A stretch of 64,000 nt of DNA from an uncultured virus (IMG/VR IMGVR_UViG_3300010346_002895) (IMGVR_UViG_3300010346_002895); one strand, 5' to 3'. Shown: positions 10,039 through 20,695, counted from the first letter of the stretch. A program made the numbers and translations. Notes: generated by a model from the letters alone, not told the origin.

Positions 10039-10545
10039 ATGGAGGTCAGCGATATGAACGACAACCAGGATGAAACATACGAGCAGGAGGGCGACCAGTT
10101 CGATCTCGCGCAGTGGGACGAGGCCTACATCAATGCGCCCATCGAGGATCGCGAGTTCGACACCGTGCCCGACGGCAAGTACCAGGTCGTGGTAGACCGC
10201 GTGGAACTGACGAAATCGCAGAACACGAACAACACGATGCTGAAATGGAAGCTGAAGGTGCTCGGCCCGAAGCATGAGGGCGCGATTATGTGGCGCAACA
10301 ACGTCATCGCCAGCGACAACAACGTTAAGTGGTTCAAGAACGACCTGCACGTGTGCGGGCTCGATCTGGAGAAACTTTCCGACCTTCCCGCCAACCTGAA
10401 GCGCCTGCTCAATGTGCGCCTCGAGGTGACCAAGAAGACGCGCGGCGAGAATGAGAACATCTACATCAACCGCCGCCTCGTTTCGGACGCCGAAAGCGAG
10501 CAGATCGACAAGCAGCTCGAGGAAGAGGCTGCGAAGGTGTTCTGA
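10039..10545 (+). CDS. DUF669 family protein (putative ssDNA-binding)
   Basis: 'FDTVPDGKYQVVV...MLKWKLKV' pattern, acidic termini; true start may be 10054. Confidence 0.75.
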   Translation: MEVSDMNDNQDETYEQEGDQFDLAQWDEAYINAPIEDREFDTVPDGKYQVVVDRVELTKSQNTNNTMLKWKLKVLGPKHEGAIMWRNNVIASDNNVKWFKNDLHVCGLDLEKLSDLPANLKRLLNVRLEVTKKTRGENENIYINRRLVSDAESEQIDKQLEEEAAKVF

Positions 10546-10556
10546 TATCCGTTTTC

Positions 10557-10600
10557 GGGGATGGGGAGCCGCCGCGGTTCCCCGTCCCCAACTTTTTTTT
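10557..10600 (+). terminator. Intrinsic terminator
   Basis: GGGGATGGGGAGCCG/CGGTTCCCCGTCCCC stem followed by a T run. Confidence 0.8.
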
Positions 10601-10642
10601 CAATCCGCATCGCCGGGTTCATCCGCGCGATAGGGAAAGGCG

Positions 10643-11131
10643 GTGCATTTCATGTTTCGCAGAAAAAAGAATAACGACGTCGAAACCGTGAGCCGCGAGC
10701 GGGAGAAATACGAGTCCTTTATCTGCGAGAGCCTGCACGAGCGCGGAATCATTCTGCAGCCGGTACTGGGCCGTCCGCCCTCTCACAGGTGTGGCAATCT
10801 TCTGGGTCTCGACATCATTTACGACCCCCTGATGGGAAGGCGGGGCGGAGTTTATATCGAGACCCGCGTGCAGGAGATTCCTCCCCTTCCGTTTCTTTTC
10901 AAGGCGACGCTTTTCAGGGACGGCGCGTGGCTGTACGGGATCGGCGACTACGAACTGTTCTACATTTTCGGAAAGAAAACCCTCCAGCGGGTCATCCTCG
11001 GGAAAGACAAATATTTCCCCGGCCGGGGCGGACTGAAGCCTCTTGAAACGGAAACGGGCTCGGGTTTTATCATGCCGTTCGAGCATGCCGACACGCTGGC
11101 GGAGAGGCGATTTTATTTCAACATTTTCTGA
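10643..11131 (+). CDS. Hypothetical phage protein, possibly a degenerate PD-(D/E)XK-fold nuclease
   Basis: Fills the operon gap; 'GLDIIYD...GGVYIE' resembles a nuclease motif lacking the Lys. Confidence 0.5.
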   Translation: MHFMFRRKKNNDVETVSREREKYESFICESLHERGIILQPVLGRPPSHRCGNLLGLDIIYDPLMGRRGGVYIETRVQEIPPLPFLFKATLFRDGAWLYGIGDYELFYIFGKKTLQRVILGKDKYFPGRGGLKPLETETGSGFIMPFEHADTLAERRFYFNIF

Positions 11132-11153
11132 TCGGCCGGAGGTGACCGGTAGT

Positions 11154-12332
11154 ATGGCAAACATTCCAATTTCGGAAAAACGCGACGTTGAAAAAGTTCT
11201 CGCGCTCGCGCGGCGCGGCATGGGACGGCGATCCATCGCAAAAGAGACGGGTCTTTCGCAATGGAAGGTGCGGAGGGTTCTGGAGGAGCGTCCGTGTGAA
11301 AATAAAAAATCCGCCACCGACAGACTACGGCAACAGATCGACCTCGCCGAGTACAAGAAACTGAAAAAGCGTAAGACCTTCTTCGAACTTGTCGGAGAGG
11401 AACTTCTCCGGGCGGTAAAAACCATTCCCCCGAAAGCGCCGCCGCGCGACACACTGCGTTTCAGGAGGAAATTCGAGCCGGAGGAGTTGGGCTTGATGAT
11501 ATCGGACAGCCATATAGGCTTGAACGTCGATCAGCGCGAATCAGGCGGCCTCGGCAGCTACAATGTTGAAATCTTCCTCGAGCGATTGGCATTCCTGAAG
11601 GTTTCACTCAAACAGATTTTTGAAATCCACCTGGGCAATACGCCGTATCCCGCCATCAACCTTTTCTTTCTCGGCGACATAGTGGACGGCGCTGCGATAT
11701 ATCCGGGGCACGCGCGGCAGGTCGATATGCACGCGATGGACCAGGTGGTCGAGGCGATAAACGGCGTTGGGGAACTCATATCGTGGCTGGCGGGGCTTTA
11801 CCCGTGGAGCGTCAACTGCCACTGCGTGGTCGGCAACCACGGAAGGATTGGTAAAAAGGGAGAGGAGTCTCCCCTCAATAATTTCGATTTTTTAACTTAC
11901 GTCCTGCTTGAGCGCGAACTGGCCGGACATGACAACGTCCGATTCAACATAAGCCGCTCATGGTGGATGATCGTCGAGCGGATGGGATTCCGTTTTTACT
12001 GCGCTCACGGCGACGACGTGCGCTCATGGATGGGCGTTCCCTATTACGGGCTGGAGCGGTTTCTCGCCCGCGTCCAGCAGATGGTCAACGACTTTGACGC
12101 GGATTTCGATTACATCCTCGCCGGTCATTTTCACCGTCCCGCGAACATCGGAAAAATCCTGCTAAACGGCGCATGGCCCGGCGGCACGGAATACTCGATC
12201 AAACAACTCCAGTCGGCGGTGGCGCCCGTGCAGAAACTGTTTTCGATCCATCCGACTTTCGGCGTCACGTGGGAGAGGAACATCCAGCTCCAGGACCCGG
12301 CGAAACGGGCGCAGATAAAAATCTTCAAGTGA
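11154..12332 (+). CDS. Calcineurin-like metallophosphoesterase with N-terminal HTH
   Basis: SDSH, GDIVDG, GNHG, HGD, GHFH motifs; HTH 'GRRSIAKETGLSQWKVRR'. Confidence 0.85.
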   Translation: MANIPISEKRDVEKVLALARRGMGRRSIAKETGLSQWKVRRVLEERPCENKKSATDRLRQQIDLAEYKKLKKRKTFFELVGEELLRAVKTIPPKAPPRDTLRFRRKFEPEELGLMISDSHIGLNVDQRESGGLGSYNVEIFLERLAFLKVSLKQIFEIHLGNTPYPAINLFFLGDIVDGAAIYPGHARQVDMHAMDQVVEAINGVGELISWLAGLYPWSVNCHCVVGNHGRIGKKGEESPLNNFDFLTYVLLERELAGHDNVRFNISRSWWMIVERMGFRFYCAHGDDVRSWMGVPYYGLERFLARVQQMVNDFDADFDYILAGHFHRPANIGKILLNGAWPGGTEYSIKQLQSAVAPVQKLFSIHPTFGVTWERNIQLQDPAKRAQIKIFK

Positions 12333-12364
12333 CACCAGCCGACCATATCCCGGAGGTATTTGCC

Positions 12365-12661
12365 ATGAAAAACATCATTGAGGAGATAGCGGCGGAATTC
12401 GAAGATGCTGTCCGTGACTACCCGGCTTTCAACAGCGAGCACGAGGGACTCGCCGTTATCCGTGAGAAATACATAGGCCTTGAGACGGAGATATTCAACA
12501 GCGACCGCTTTGGGTCCCGGGCGCGCATGAGGGACGACGCGGTGCAACTGGCGGTCATGGCGATGAAACTTATTCAGTTCATAGACGATCATCCACGCGA
12601 GGAGAAAAAGGGCTTTCTGCTGTTTCAGCAAAACGAAAAACCGGCGGGTATCTCTTCATGA
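12365..12661 (+). CDS. Small MazG-like helical protein
   Basis: 'FNSEHEGLAVIRE...DAVQLAVMAMK'; GGAGG RBS upstream. Confidence 0.55.
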   Translation: MKNIIEEIAAEFEDAVRDYPAFNSEHEGLAVIREKYIGLETEIFNSDRFGSRARMRDDAVQLAVMAMKLIQFIDDHPREEKKGFLLFQQNEKPAGISS

Positions 12662-13083
12662 TCATAGTCGTCGACACCCGCGAAAAAGACGAATACACCT
12701 TCGGCGACATCTCCACGATCCCACAGAAACTGGACGCCGGGGACTACTCCGTCGCCGGGCTGGAAGACCGTGTCGCCATCGAGCGCAAAAGCATCGACGA
12801 CTTTGTGGGCACCGTCATTTACCAGAAGGAACGTTTTCACAATGAGCTGTGCGCTCTGGCGCGCATGGATTTCGCGGCGATAGTGGTCGAGGCGTCCCTG
12901 ACGGACATTCTCGAACACAGATACAAGAGCGGCGTCCGGCCAGTGTCGGTCATCGGCGCGGCGGTCGCAGTTATTGTGGAATACCGGGTTCCCATCATCT
13001 TCGCGGGAAACAGGCAACTCGCCTGCCACGTGACGCAGTCGCTTCTTCAACGATACGCATCAAAACACCTGGGAGAACAATGA
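12658..13083 (+). CDS. ERCC4 domain nuclease
   Basis: VVDTRE, LDAGDY, IERKS motifs. Confidence 0.9.
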   Translation: MIIVVDTREKDEYTFGDISTIPQKLDAGDYSVAGLEDRVAIERKSIDDFVGTVIYQKERFHNELCALARMDFAAIVVEASLTDILEHRYKSGVRPVSVIGAAVAVIVEYRVPIIFAGNRQLACHVTQSLLQRYASKHLGEQ

Positions 13084-15278
13084 GCAGAGCAAACGCACAG
13101 AAAAAGACGAAAGAGCCGACGGCCCTGCACGGGACGGTCACCCACCTTTATTTCACATCCGACCGTTTCACCGCTGGGCGCATTGCCACGGGGAACGGCA
13201 TGCAGACATCCTTCGCGGGCAAATTCGGCGGGTTGAGGGAAAAAGACCGGGTCGTTCTCTACGGCGAGTTCGGCGTCCATGAAAAATACGGAGAGCAGTT
13301 CGCCGCGCTCCGGTTCGAGTACGACACGGATTTTGATATCGAGGGCATAGCGAACTACATCGCGTCCAACCCGGAAATGAAGGGCATCGGCGCTGCGCGG
13401 GCAATGAAAATCGCCAGATTCTGCGGCGACGACTTCGACAGGATCGTAACAGACGAGCCGGAACGCCTGACGGCAATCCCCGGTGTGACAATAGAGATAG
13501 CCCGGACATTGCACGCGGAATGGGTCAAACACAAGGAATACAACAAATGCATGACCCGGCTCGCGGCTTATGACCTGACACACAAGCAGATCATGTCGCT
13601 TATCGAAAAATACGGGAACAATGCGGCCCGCATCATCGAGGAGAACCCTTACCGGCTGATCGAGGAAGTTTCGGGCTACGGCTTCAAAAAGGCGGACATG
13701 ATCGCCCGGAAAGCGGGCACTCCTAAATCGTCTCCCCACCGCATCCGCTCGGCGCTTCTCTATGTTCTTGAAAGCGCTCTCGATGACGGCGACTGCCTTG
13801 TCGAATACCGCGATCTGATTGCACGCGCAGATAAAATCCTCATCCTCGACACCCTCGACAGCCGGGAGATGATCGAAGAGCGGCTGGAAGAACTGATAAA
13901 GGAATCAGAGGGGATCGTCTGTCACGCTTGTGAGAACCAGTTCTTTGTCGCCCTTAAGTCCATCTACGAAATGGAGCGGTTCATCGCCGCGCGATTCAAA
14001 GAGAACGTGCGCCCGAATAAAAAACTCGACGCCGAGACCACGCCGGCGTGCATACCCGACACTTTGAATCCCGGACAGAAGGAAGCGGTGCGGAACGCGA
14101 TCCGGAACGCGGTATGTCTGATTTCCGGTGGCGCGGGCACGGGGAAGACGTATACAACTTCATGCATTGTTGACCTTTACCGCGATGCCGATCTTTCCGT
14201 CATCCTCGCCGCGCCCACTGGCAAGGCGGCGAAACGGCTTGAACAGGCCACGGGCATGGAGGCCTCCACCATACACCGCTTGCTCGGTTACGACGGCGTT
14301 TCATTTCAGCGGGGACCCGACAATCCGATTGATGTGGACGTTCTCATTCTTGACGAAGTCTCCATGCTGGACGTGCCCCTCTGTTGGCGGCTATTCCAGG
14401 CGGTCAATTTTGAGCGCACAAATCTCGTTCTGGTCGGCGACCACAATCAGTTGCCGCCGGTGGGTCCTGGCAATATCCTGCGCGATCTGATTCAGCAGAA
14501 AATTATACCGGCGACCATCCTCACCGAGGTCGTGCGCCAGGCGGGCATTCTGAAGGAGAACAGCATCGCCATCCTCTCAGGCCGCGTGCCCCGAAACGCC
14601 GAGGGCGCCGCCGCCCGGAAGGAATGGTACGTGGTGGATAAATTCAGTGATCCGGGAGACGTTCTCAAGTTCATTCTCTACCTTTACGAAAATGTTCTCT
14701 CGGAAAAACTCGGATTCGATCTTATCCGCGACGTTCAGCTCCTTGCGCCCATGAAAAAAGGCGTTCTCGGCGTGGACAATCTGAATATCGAACTTCAGGG
14801 GCTCATTCAGAAAAAATGCTTCGCTTTCAATGTCGAACCCGTCCGCCCCAACAGGCGACCGAAACTTCACGTCAATGACAAGGTCATCCAGAACCGGAAC
14901 AACTACTCACTCGATGTAATGAACGGCGCGGTCGGGTACGTCAGGCGCATCGACGCCGCCAACGGCGCTTACCACATTGAATTCGACAACGGTGTCAGGA
15001 CGTTCGAGCCGGACGACATGAAACATATCTCATTGGCATTCGCGTCAACTATTCACAAGTGGCAAGGCTCCGAATGCGAGTGCGTGATCGCGGTCATCCA
15101 CAAATCGCAGTCATTCATGCACCACCGCAACCTTTTCTACACAGCAGTCACCCGCGCAAAAAAGACCGCCGTCATAATCGGTGACCGGTGGGGCATAAAA
15201 AATTGCGCGGAGCGCGAGTTCACGGAAAAACGAAAGACGTTTCTCAGCCTGGAGGGCTTTACATGTGAATACGGATAA
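13080..15278 (+). CDS. recD2: RecD2-like SF1B helicase
   Basis: GGAGTGKT, DEVSM, GDHNQLPPVGPG, TIHKWQGSE, YTAVTRAK; N-terminal HhH. Confidence 0.9.
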   Translation: MSRANAQKKTKEPTALHGTVTHLYFTSDRFTAGRIATGNGMQTSFAGKFGGLREKDRVVLYGEFGVHEKYGEQFAALRFEYDTDFDIEGIANYIASNPEMKGIGAARAMKIARFCGDDFDRIVTDEPERLTAIPGVTIEIARTLHAEWVKHKEYNKCMTRLAAYDLTHKQIMSLIEKYGNNAARIIEENPYRLIEEVSGYGFKKADMIARKAGTPKSSPHRIRSALLYVLESALDDGDCLVEYRDLIARADKILILDTLDSREMIEERLEELIKESEGIVCHACENQFFVALKSIYEMERFIAARFKENVRPNKKLDAETTPACIPDTLNPGQKEAVRNAIRNAVCLISGGAGTGKTYTTSCIVDLYRDADLSVILAAPTGKAAKRLEQATGMEASTIHRLLGYDGVSFQRGPDNPIDVDVLILDEVSMLDVPLCWRLFQAVNFERTNLVLVGDHNQLPPVGPGNILRDLIQQKIIPATILTEVVRQAGILKENSIAILSGRVPRNAEGAAARKEWYVVDKFSDPGDVLKFILYLYENVLSEKLGFDLIRDVQLLAPMKKGVLGVDNLNIELQGLIQKKCFAFNVEPVRPNRRPKLHVNDKVIQNRNNYSLDVMNGAVGYVRRIDAANGAYHIEFDNGVRTFEPDDMKHISLAFASTIHKWQGSECECVIAVIHKSQSFMHHRNLFYTAVTRAKKTAVIIGDRWGIKNCAEREFTEKRKTFLSLEGFTCEYG

Positions 15279-18051
15279 CGTGAAGGAATATTATTCCCTC
15301 ATAACCAACACGGACATAGCAGACATCGCAGGGGAACTTATCGGGGACAGGATAACGGATGAGTCCGGCGATGTCATTTACGTTGACTGCCCGCGGCACG
15401 CCAGCGTTTCACGTCGTTCATTCCACATTGACCGGCGCAAGCAGTTCTGGCGCTGCTGGGGTTGCGATGTCGCCGGCGACGTTTTGCATCTTGTCGAGTT
15501 CATTCAATCAGGCGTCGTAACGAAAAACGCCGCCGGCAGGATGCCGGACTCGCACCGCGCGGCGCGGGATTACCTCGCCCGTAGAGCGGGACTTCCGCCG
15601 CTCTCGCAATGGAACCTGTCGCCCGAACAGGTTAAGGAAATCGAAGCGCGCCGCTCCGAAGAGGAACTCGTTTTCGGCGTCCTCACCGACATCGCGGAGT
15701 TTTACCATAAGAAGTTCCTCGACCGAAAAGACGTGTGGGACGCCTTCCGTGCTCAATACGGCATCTCCGACGATACAATCAAGTCGATACAGATCGGATT
15801 TTCCGACAACGACGGACTGCTCACGTATCTCAGGGAAAAGAAATACACGGCAGCCGACATGTCGAAGACCGGATGCTTCAATTTCGATTTTCAGGAGAAC
15901 CTGCTTCCCGTTTTCAAAAACAGGTATGTCTTTCCCTACTGGAAGCAGGGGCGCGTGGTCTATCTCATCGCCCGGCAGTCGCCGTGGACGGAAAAGAGCG
16001 AGTACGAGAGGCCGAAATACAAAAAACTTCAACTTCCCAACGACCAGCGCAAATACGTCTCGCAGTGCGTCAGCAACCGCTATTTCTTCAATGAAGACGC
16101 GCTTCTGACGCAATCGGAGTTTGTCGTCATCACCGAGGGCGTCACCGACTGCATATCGCTCATGGAGCACGGCTTCACCGCGTTCTCGCCGGTGACGAAC
16201 AATTTTTCCGAGAACGACCTTGAGAAACTCTACAATCTCACGCGGCGGTTTGAGCGCATCTACGTGTGCCAGGACAACGAGCCGAGCGAGGCGGGATTCA
16301 AGGGCGCGATGAAGACCGCGCATTACCTGGAATCGCGGGGACTGAAAGTTTTTGTATCGAGCCTGCCCATCGGCGAAAAGCAGAAACAGGCGCGCGCCCG
16401 GCTCGCGGAAATGCCGCCGGACTGTCCAAAAAATGTCCTTGATGAGCTGAAACAGGATTCCAAGGTTGACGTCAATGAATATTTTCTCACCCACACAGCG
16501 GACGACTTCCGCGCGCTTCTCGCCACGGCGCTGACGCCGATTCATTACGCCATCCGCTCGATACCCCCCGACGCGCCGGAGAATGAAAGAAACAGCGCGC
16601 TGGAGCCCATACTGCGCAGACTCGCGCGACGCACCACGCTCGAACAGGACACGCACCTCGACGCGATCCGGGCGCATTTCACGACAAAGATATCGAAGAC
16701 GGCGCTTCGCACTACAATGCGCCAGCTCAAATCGTCAGCCCCGCCAGCGGACAACTATGAAGTCGACGATCCGACGCTGAGGGAACTTGCCGAGGACATC
16801 GTCGATTTCGCGGGGCCTTTCTGCCAAGCATCCAATACCGGATGGTTTCAATACAGAAAAGGAGTGTGGATACGTATGGAACAGGACAACATCAACCAGA
16901 TCATCGATGTGCGGCTCGATGAGAACTATCGAAACGACAACACGACAAAAAGATTGCGCGACGAGGTGCGCGAAAAAATCGCCATCCACTCGCGGGTGCT
17001 GCTGCCGGTCGAATCGGTATTAAATGGCTATCGCCATTTATTAAACCTCAGGAACGGCATGTACGACATTAATTCCGGCCGGATGCTGCCGCATGACCCG
17101 AAGTACCTGTCGACCATTCAACTGCCGTTCGCCTTCGAGCCCGGGGCGAAATGTCCGAGATGGATGCGGTTCCTTGACGAGATATTCCCCGGCGACCCGG
17201 ACTCCCAGGGCATCCTCCAGGAATGGTTCGGATATTGCCTCGTGCCGGACACCCGATTTGAAAAAGCGCTGTTCTGCGTCGGCGAGGGCTGCAATGGCAA
17301 AACCGTCGCGCTGACCGTGCTCGAGAATCTTATCGGCAAGGAGAACTGCTCGCACATATCGCTCGACAAGCTGGACGCCGATTTTCACACGGTGGGGCTA
17401 TTCAACAAGTTGCTCAATCTGTGCAAGGAAACCGAGGCGCGGGAAGTGGCGAATTCCGCGGCGTTCAAATCCATTGTGTCGGGCGAGACGCAGGAAGACG
17501 CTTTCAAGTTCCGCGACAGGTTTAGCTTCCCGATCTTCGCGCGCCTGTGCTTCGCCACGAACAATTTCCCGAAATTCAACGACACCTCCCAAGGCGTCTA
17601 CCGCAGGCTTCTCGTCCTCTACTTTAAGCAATCCTTCGAGGGGCGGGAAGACACCGCCCTGCTCGATAAACTCCTTACCGAACTTCCCGGCATATTCCAG
17701 TGGTCTCTGACCGGCTACAAACGACTCCAGCCCCGCGGACGGTTCGAGATACCGCTTGAAATGCTCGAAGCCATAGAAGACATGAAACGGCACAGCAGTT
17801 CCGTCGCGTCGTTCATTACCGATTGCTGCGACCGCGGCACAGAGCCGGATGAAATGGGCGTGGAACCGTATGTCTCGAACCGCGAGATTTACGACGCCTA
17901 CAAGGAATTTTGCCGAGACAACAGTTTAAGGCCGTTCTCGTCAATCAGCTTTTTCAAAGAGCTGAGGCGCATACTGCCTGACTGCGAGTTTACGTCCAGA
18001 TGGCTCAACGGGGGATCGCAGAAAATCATTGTGGGGGTTAAATTGCGATGA
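15265..18051 (+). CDS. DNA primase (Zn finger + TOPRIM) fused to a P4/D5-type SF3 helicase
   Basis: CPRH...CWGC, ITEGVTD, CQDNE, LLNLRNG, GEGCNGKT, FATNNFP. Confidence 0.9.
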   Translation: MNTDNVKEYYSLITNTDIADIAGELIGDRITDESGDVIYVDCPRHASVSRRSFHIDRRKQFWRCWGCDVAGDVLHLVEFIQSGVVTKNAAGRMPDSHRAARDYLARRAGLPPLSQWNLSPEQVKEIEARRSEEELVFGVLTDIAEFYHKKFLDRKDVWDAFRAQYGISDDTIKSIQIGFSDNDGLLTYLREKKYTAADMSKTGCFNFDFQENLLPVFKNRYVFPYWKQGRVVYLIARQSPWTEKSEYERPKYKKLQLPNDQRKYVSQCVSNRYFFNEDALLTQSEFVVITEGVTDCISLMEHGFTAFSPVTNNFSENDLEKLYNLTRRFERIYVCQDNEPSEAGFKGAMKTAHYLESRGLKVFVSSLPIGEKQKQARARLAEMPPDCPKNVLDELKQDSKVDVNEYFLTHTADDFRALLATALTPIHYAIRSIPPDAPENERNSALEPILRRLARRTTLEQDTHLDAIRAHFTTKISKTALRTTMRQLKSSAPPADNYEVDDPTLRELAEDIVDFAGPFCQASNTGWFQYRKGVWIRMEQDNINQIIDVRLDENYRNDNTTKRLRDEVREKIAIHSRVLLPVESVLNGYRHLLNLRNGMYDINSGRMLPHDPKYLSTIQLPFAFEPGAKCPRWMRFLDEIFPGDPDSQGILQEWFGYCLVPDTRFEKALFCVGEGCNGKTVALTVLENLIGKENCSHISLDKLDADFHTVGLFNKLLNLCKETEAREVANSAAFKSIVSGETQEDAFKFRDRFSFPIFARLCFATNNFPKFNDTSQGVYRRLLVLYFKQSFEGREDTALLDKLLTELPGIFQWSLTGYKRLQPRGRFEIPLEMLEAIEDMKRHSSSVASFITDCCDRGTEPDEMGVEPYVSNREIYDAYKEFCRDNSLRPFSSISFFKELRRILPDCEFTSRWLNGGSQKIIVGVKLR

Positions 18052-18084
18052 GTTTTAGAATTTGTGTAGTAGTTTATACAGCCG

Positions 18085-18378
18085 CATTACGGCTGCATTA
18101 CGGTTCATTACGGTTGAAACGGCTCAACCGTAATGTTGTAAAAGCCTTTTGCGAAGCGGTATTTTTGTCCTTTTTACCCCCAACATTACGGCATTACGGT
18201 TGTTTCTCTAATTACGTCTCGCGAGAGAAAAAAATAAAAAAAATAAAATATGTTTTTTTCATGTATAGACGTAAATAGGGATTTAACCGTAATGCCGTAA
18301 TGTTTTTCAAAAAAGCCTTTTGGCAAGCCGTTATTTCCCATTTCGGTTGTTTTCTCCAACCGTAATGCAACCGTAATG
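18085..18378. repeat. Iteron array with AT-rich core, putative replication origin
   Basis: CATTACGG at 18085, 18096, 18106, 18184, 18192 and CCGTAATG at 18128, 18287, 18295, 18360, 18371; A/T tracts near 18225-18260. Confidence 0.8.
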
Positions 18379-18403
18379 AATCAGGTCGATCAGGGAGGAA
18401 ACC

Positions 18404-18811
18404 ATGAAAACCATAGTCTACGCCGCCTCAGACGCCACTTTCATTGAAATCGATTCCGCGAAATTCTGGAGTCCGCCGGAAACTTTCGTTCAGGCCGGGA
18501 AGGTTCACCGCCGCCTTACCCCGGAATACTGGGCGTGGTTCTACCACAAGTTCACACTTATGGAACAGGCGCTCACGCGTGGAAAAATCTCTGAAGCCAC
18601 GTTTGTGGAAATCCTCGACAGAATTTCAAAACTCTACAATCATGCCGTCGCCCTGTATGGAAAAGAAATGCTGGACGCAGCCGTCCGGACGACCGACGTG
18701 CGGGAGATAGACAAAATAATAAGGAATAGAGCCGGAACCGCACCCGAGGAAAGTGCCCCCACACAAAGCACGCGCAAGCAGGTCCCTTCATTAGTGGTCG
18801 AGAGGGGGTAA
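18404..18811 (+). CDS. Hypothetical phage protein
   Basis: GGGAGG RBS, 135-aa ORF in operon. Confidence 0.65.
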   Translation: MKTIVYAASDATFIEIDSAKFWSPPETFVQAGKVHRRLTPEYWAWFYHKFTLMEQALTRGKISEATFVEILDRISKLYNHAVALYGKEMLDAAVRTTDVREIDKIIRNRAGTAPEESAPTQSTRKQVPSLVVERG

Positions 18812-18816
18812 TCCGA

Positions 18817-19050
18817 ATGAGTTATAAGAACGCCGCTGAAATTTTGCCGGAAGAGCTTATCAACGAGATCAGAAAATATTTTCCGGGCGGAATTCTGTGG
18901 GTGCCGGGCACAGGAGAGGAACGCAAAGAGCGCGATGAGCTTGTCGTATTCCTGAAAAAAAATGGCGTTACCACTAAAGAAATTGCCGGGCTTGCGAAAC
19001 TGACCCCCGGCCAAATCCGCCGAATCATACTCAAACATGAGAGCCGCTGA
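18817..19050 (+). CDS. CD3324/Mor-like HTH transcriptional regulator
   Basis: 'YKNAAEILPEELINEIRKYFPGGILWVP' plus C-terminal HTH. Confidence 0.75.
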   Translation: MSYKNAAEILPEELINEIRKYFPGGILWVPGTGEERKERDELVVFLKKNGVTTKEIAGLAKLTPGQIRRIILKHESR

Positions 19051-19237
19051 ACGGGAGCGTGCATAAAATTAATAAAAATGCATGCTTAAAAAACAGCCCC
19101 AAAAAGTCTTTTATATAGTAGGGCTGTGATCGCGGAGGGGGATGCGCAGCCGGAAAACCCGCAAAAAATTTATTTTCCGCGATCCCCCCGAAATTCCGGC
19201 GGCCAGATAGAGCAAACCGTATCTTCGGTATAAAACA

Positions 19238-19942
19238 ATGACGTTCAAACCGTTAAATGAAAATATCCCGCAGTGTACCGCGACCAGTAAGAGCACGGGC
19301 CGCCGGTGTGAGAATCCCGCCGTCCACGGTTACACCGTGTGCAGGCTGCACGGCGCTCACAAAAAGAGGAAACCGACCGATCCGCCCAGGAAGACGACCA
19401 GCGGACGGGACACCAACGTCATACAGAAATACAAAGACAAACTCGCAAAGACCGCCGAGGAACTCGACGTTGATCTGGCGGTCGGACTCAAACACGGGTT
19501 CCTGGCGTTCGAGGTTCTGGACGAGAATGAGCGAAAGGATTTTCTGGCCACGGCCAACCAGATGCACGAGGATTTCAACCTGAATAAATCCTCGGACTTC
19601 ATCGCCACGGAACTTGTCGCCCTGAGCATGATTCTTCTACGGCGCGCCGCGAAAAACGGCGACCTCAAGGCGATTGAAACGCACGACCGGACGCTCCGGA
19701 TGCACCTTGCCGATTTGAAGGCGACCAAGAGCGCCCGCGAGGGCGACACGGTGAATATCAATACCACCCCGGCGGAATGGGCGTCGGCGCTTCTGAAGAG
19801 TGTCGATGAGGAAGAAGCGAGGGAGCGGGCCGGACAGGCCGGCGGGGACGGCGCCTACTCTGAAGGATCGAAAAAAACAGTCACAGTTGATGAAGGGGAC
19901 GATCCGAAAAAGTCCGATGAAACCAAGGGGTTCGAGGCGTGA
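19238..19942 (+). CDS. HGGxSTG-type Zn domain protein, probable terminase small subunit
   Basis: CTATSKSTGRRC...CRLHGA, 'LKHGF'; upstream of terL. Confidence 0.65.
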   Translation: MTFKPLNENIPQCTATSKSTGRRCENPAVHGYTVCRLHGAHKKRKPTDPPRKTTSGRDTNVIQKYKDKLAKTAEELDVDLAVGLKHGFLAFEVLDENERKDFLATANQMHEDFNLNKSSDFIATELVALSMILLRRAAKNGDLKAIETHDRTLRMHLADLKATKSAREGDTVNINTTPAEWASALLKSVDEEEARERAGQAGGDGAYSEGSKKTVTVDEGDDPKKSDETKGFEA

Positions 19943-20365
19943 AGCGTCGTCGAGGACACAAAATGCGACGCTGGAAGACCCCTCCGACCCTCGCGGAGAC
20001 TCCTGCATAAGTCGCGGGAGAAGCACACATATCGAGCAGTCCGGAATAGTCCGCCCCGGCCAACGGCCACGGCGGACATTGAACCTTGAAAACTGAATCA
20101 TCGGAACCGCACAGCGGAGCCGCACCGTTCGCGGACGGTCGCGCCCAGGTTCGCGCCTGTCGCGTTATCGGCTCGAGCATCGAGGCATCAATCGAATGCG
20201 CGAAAAACTCAAATTTCAAAGCGAACCGGCCCCCCAGAGGGGCAAACCGCGCGGGGCGTTTTTCCCGCGCCAGGTTTCCGGGTCCCCCGGACGCCCCACA
20301 GGAAGAGAAAGAGACCGGCGATGCGGTCTCTGTAAAGTGGCGGCGGCGCAAGGGGCGCACGGCGG

Positions 20366-20683
20366 TCACCCCGGCTCCAGACGGAAGTCATCGACATCGC
20401 GGGCGGACTGAATCTCGCCCCGGACTTCCTTGAAAACGTCCCGGAGCCGGAACGTGACGTTCGCCTCCCGTCCGCCGACTTTCGACACGAGGATGAAATC
20501 GGTGGACCAGGATTTATCGTTCATCCAGCCGCCGATCTGAACGCGCTCCCCCGTGCAGCCCATCCCCATGTGGGATTTCTTGAGGCTCTCGAACGAGTCG
20601 CCGCGCTCGACATAGGGACGGATGAACCGTTTTGCGAGCGCCCGTGCCGCCTGTTCAATCTCATATTGTTCATGCGAATCCAT
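20366..20683 (-). CDS. Hypothetical protein
   Basis: RBS (AAGGGAG), follows the recombinase on the minus strand. Confidence 0.6.
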   Translation of the reverse strand: MDSHEQYEIEQAARALAKRFIRPYVERGDSFESLKKSHMGMGCTGERVQIGGWMNDKSWSTDFILVSKVGGREANVTFRLRDVFKEVRGEIQSARDVDDFRLEPG

Positions 20684-20695
20684 GCGGCGCTCCCT

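Noticed and set aside
18048..18378. CRISPR array, or ORF 18048..18278
   Set aside because: Repeats are 8 bp, in both orientations and irregularly spaced; the ORF is a by-product of the iteron region
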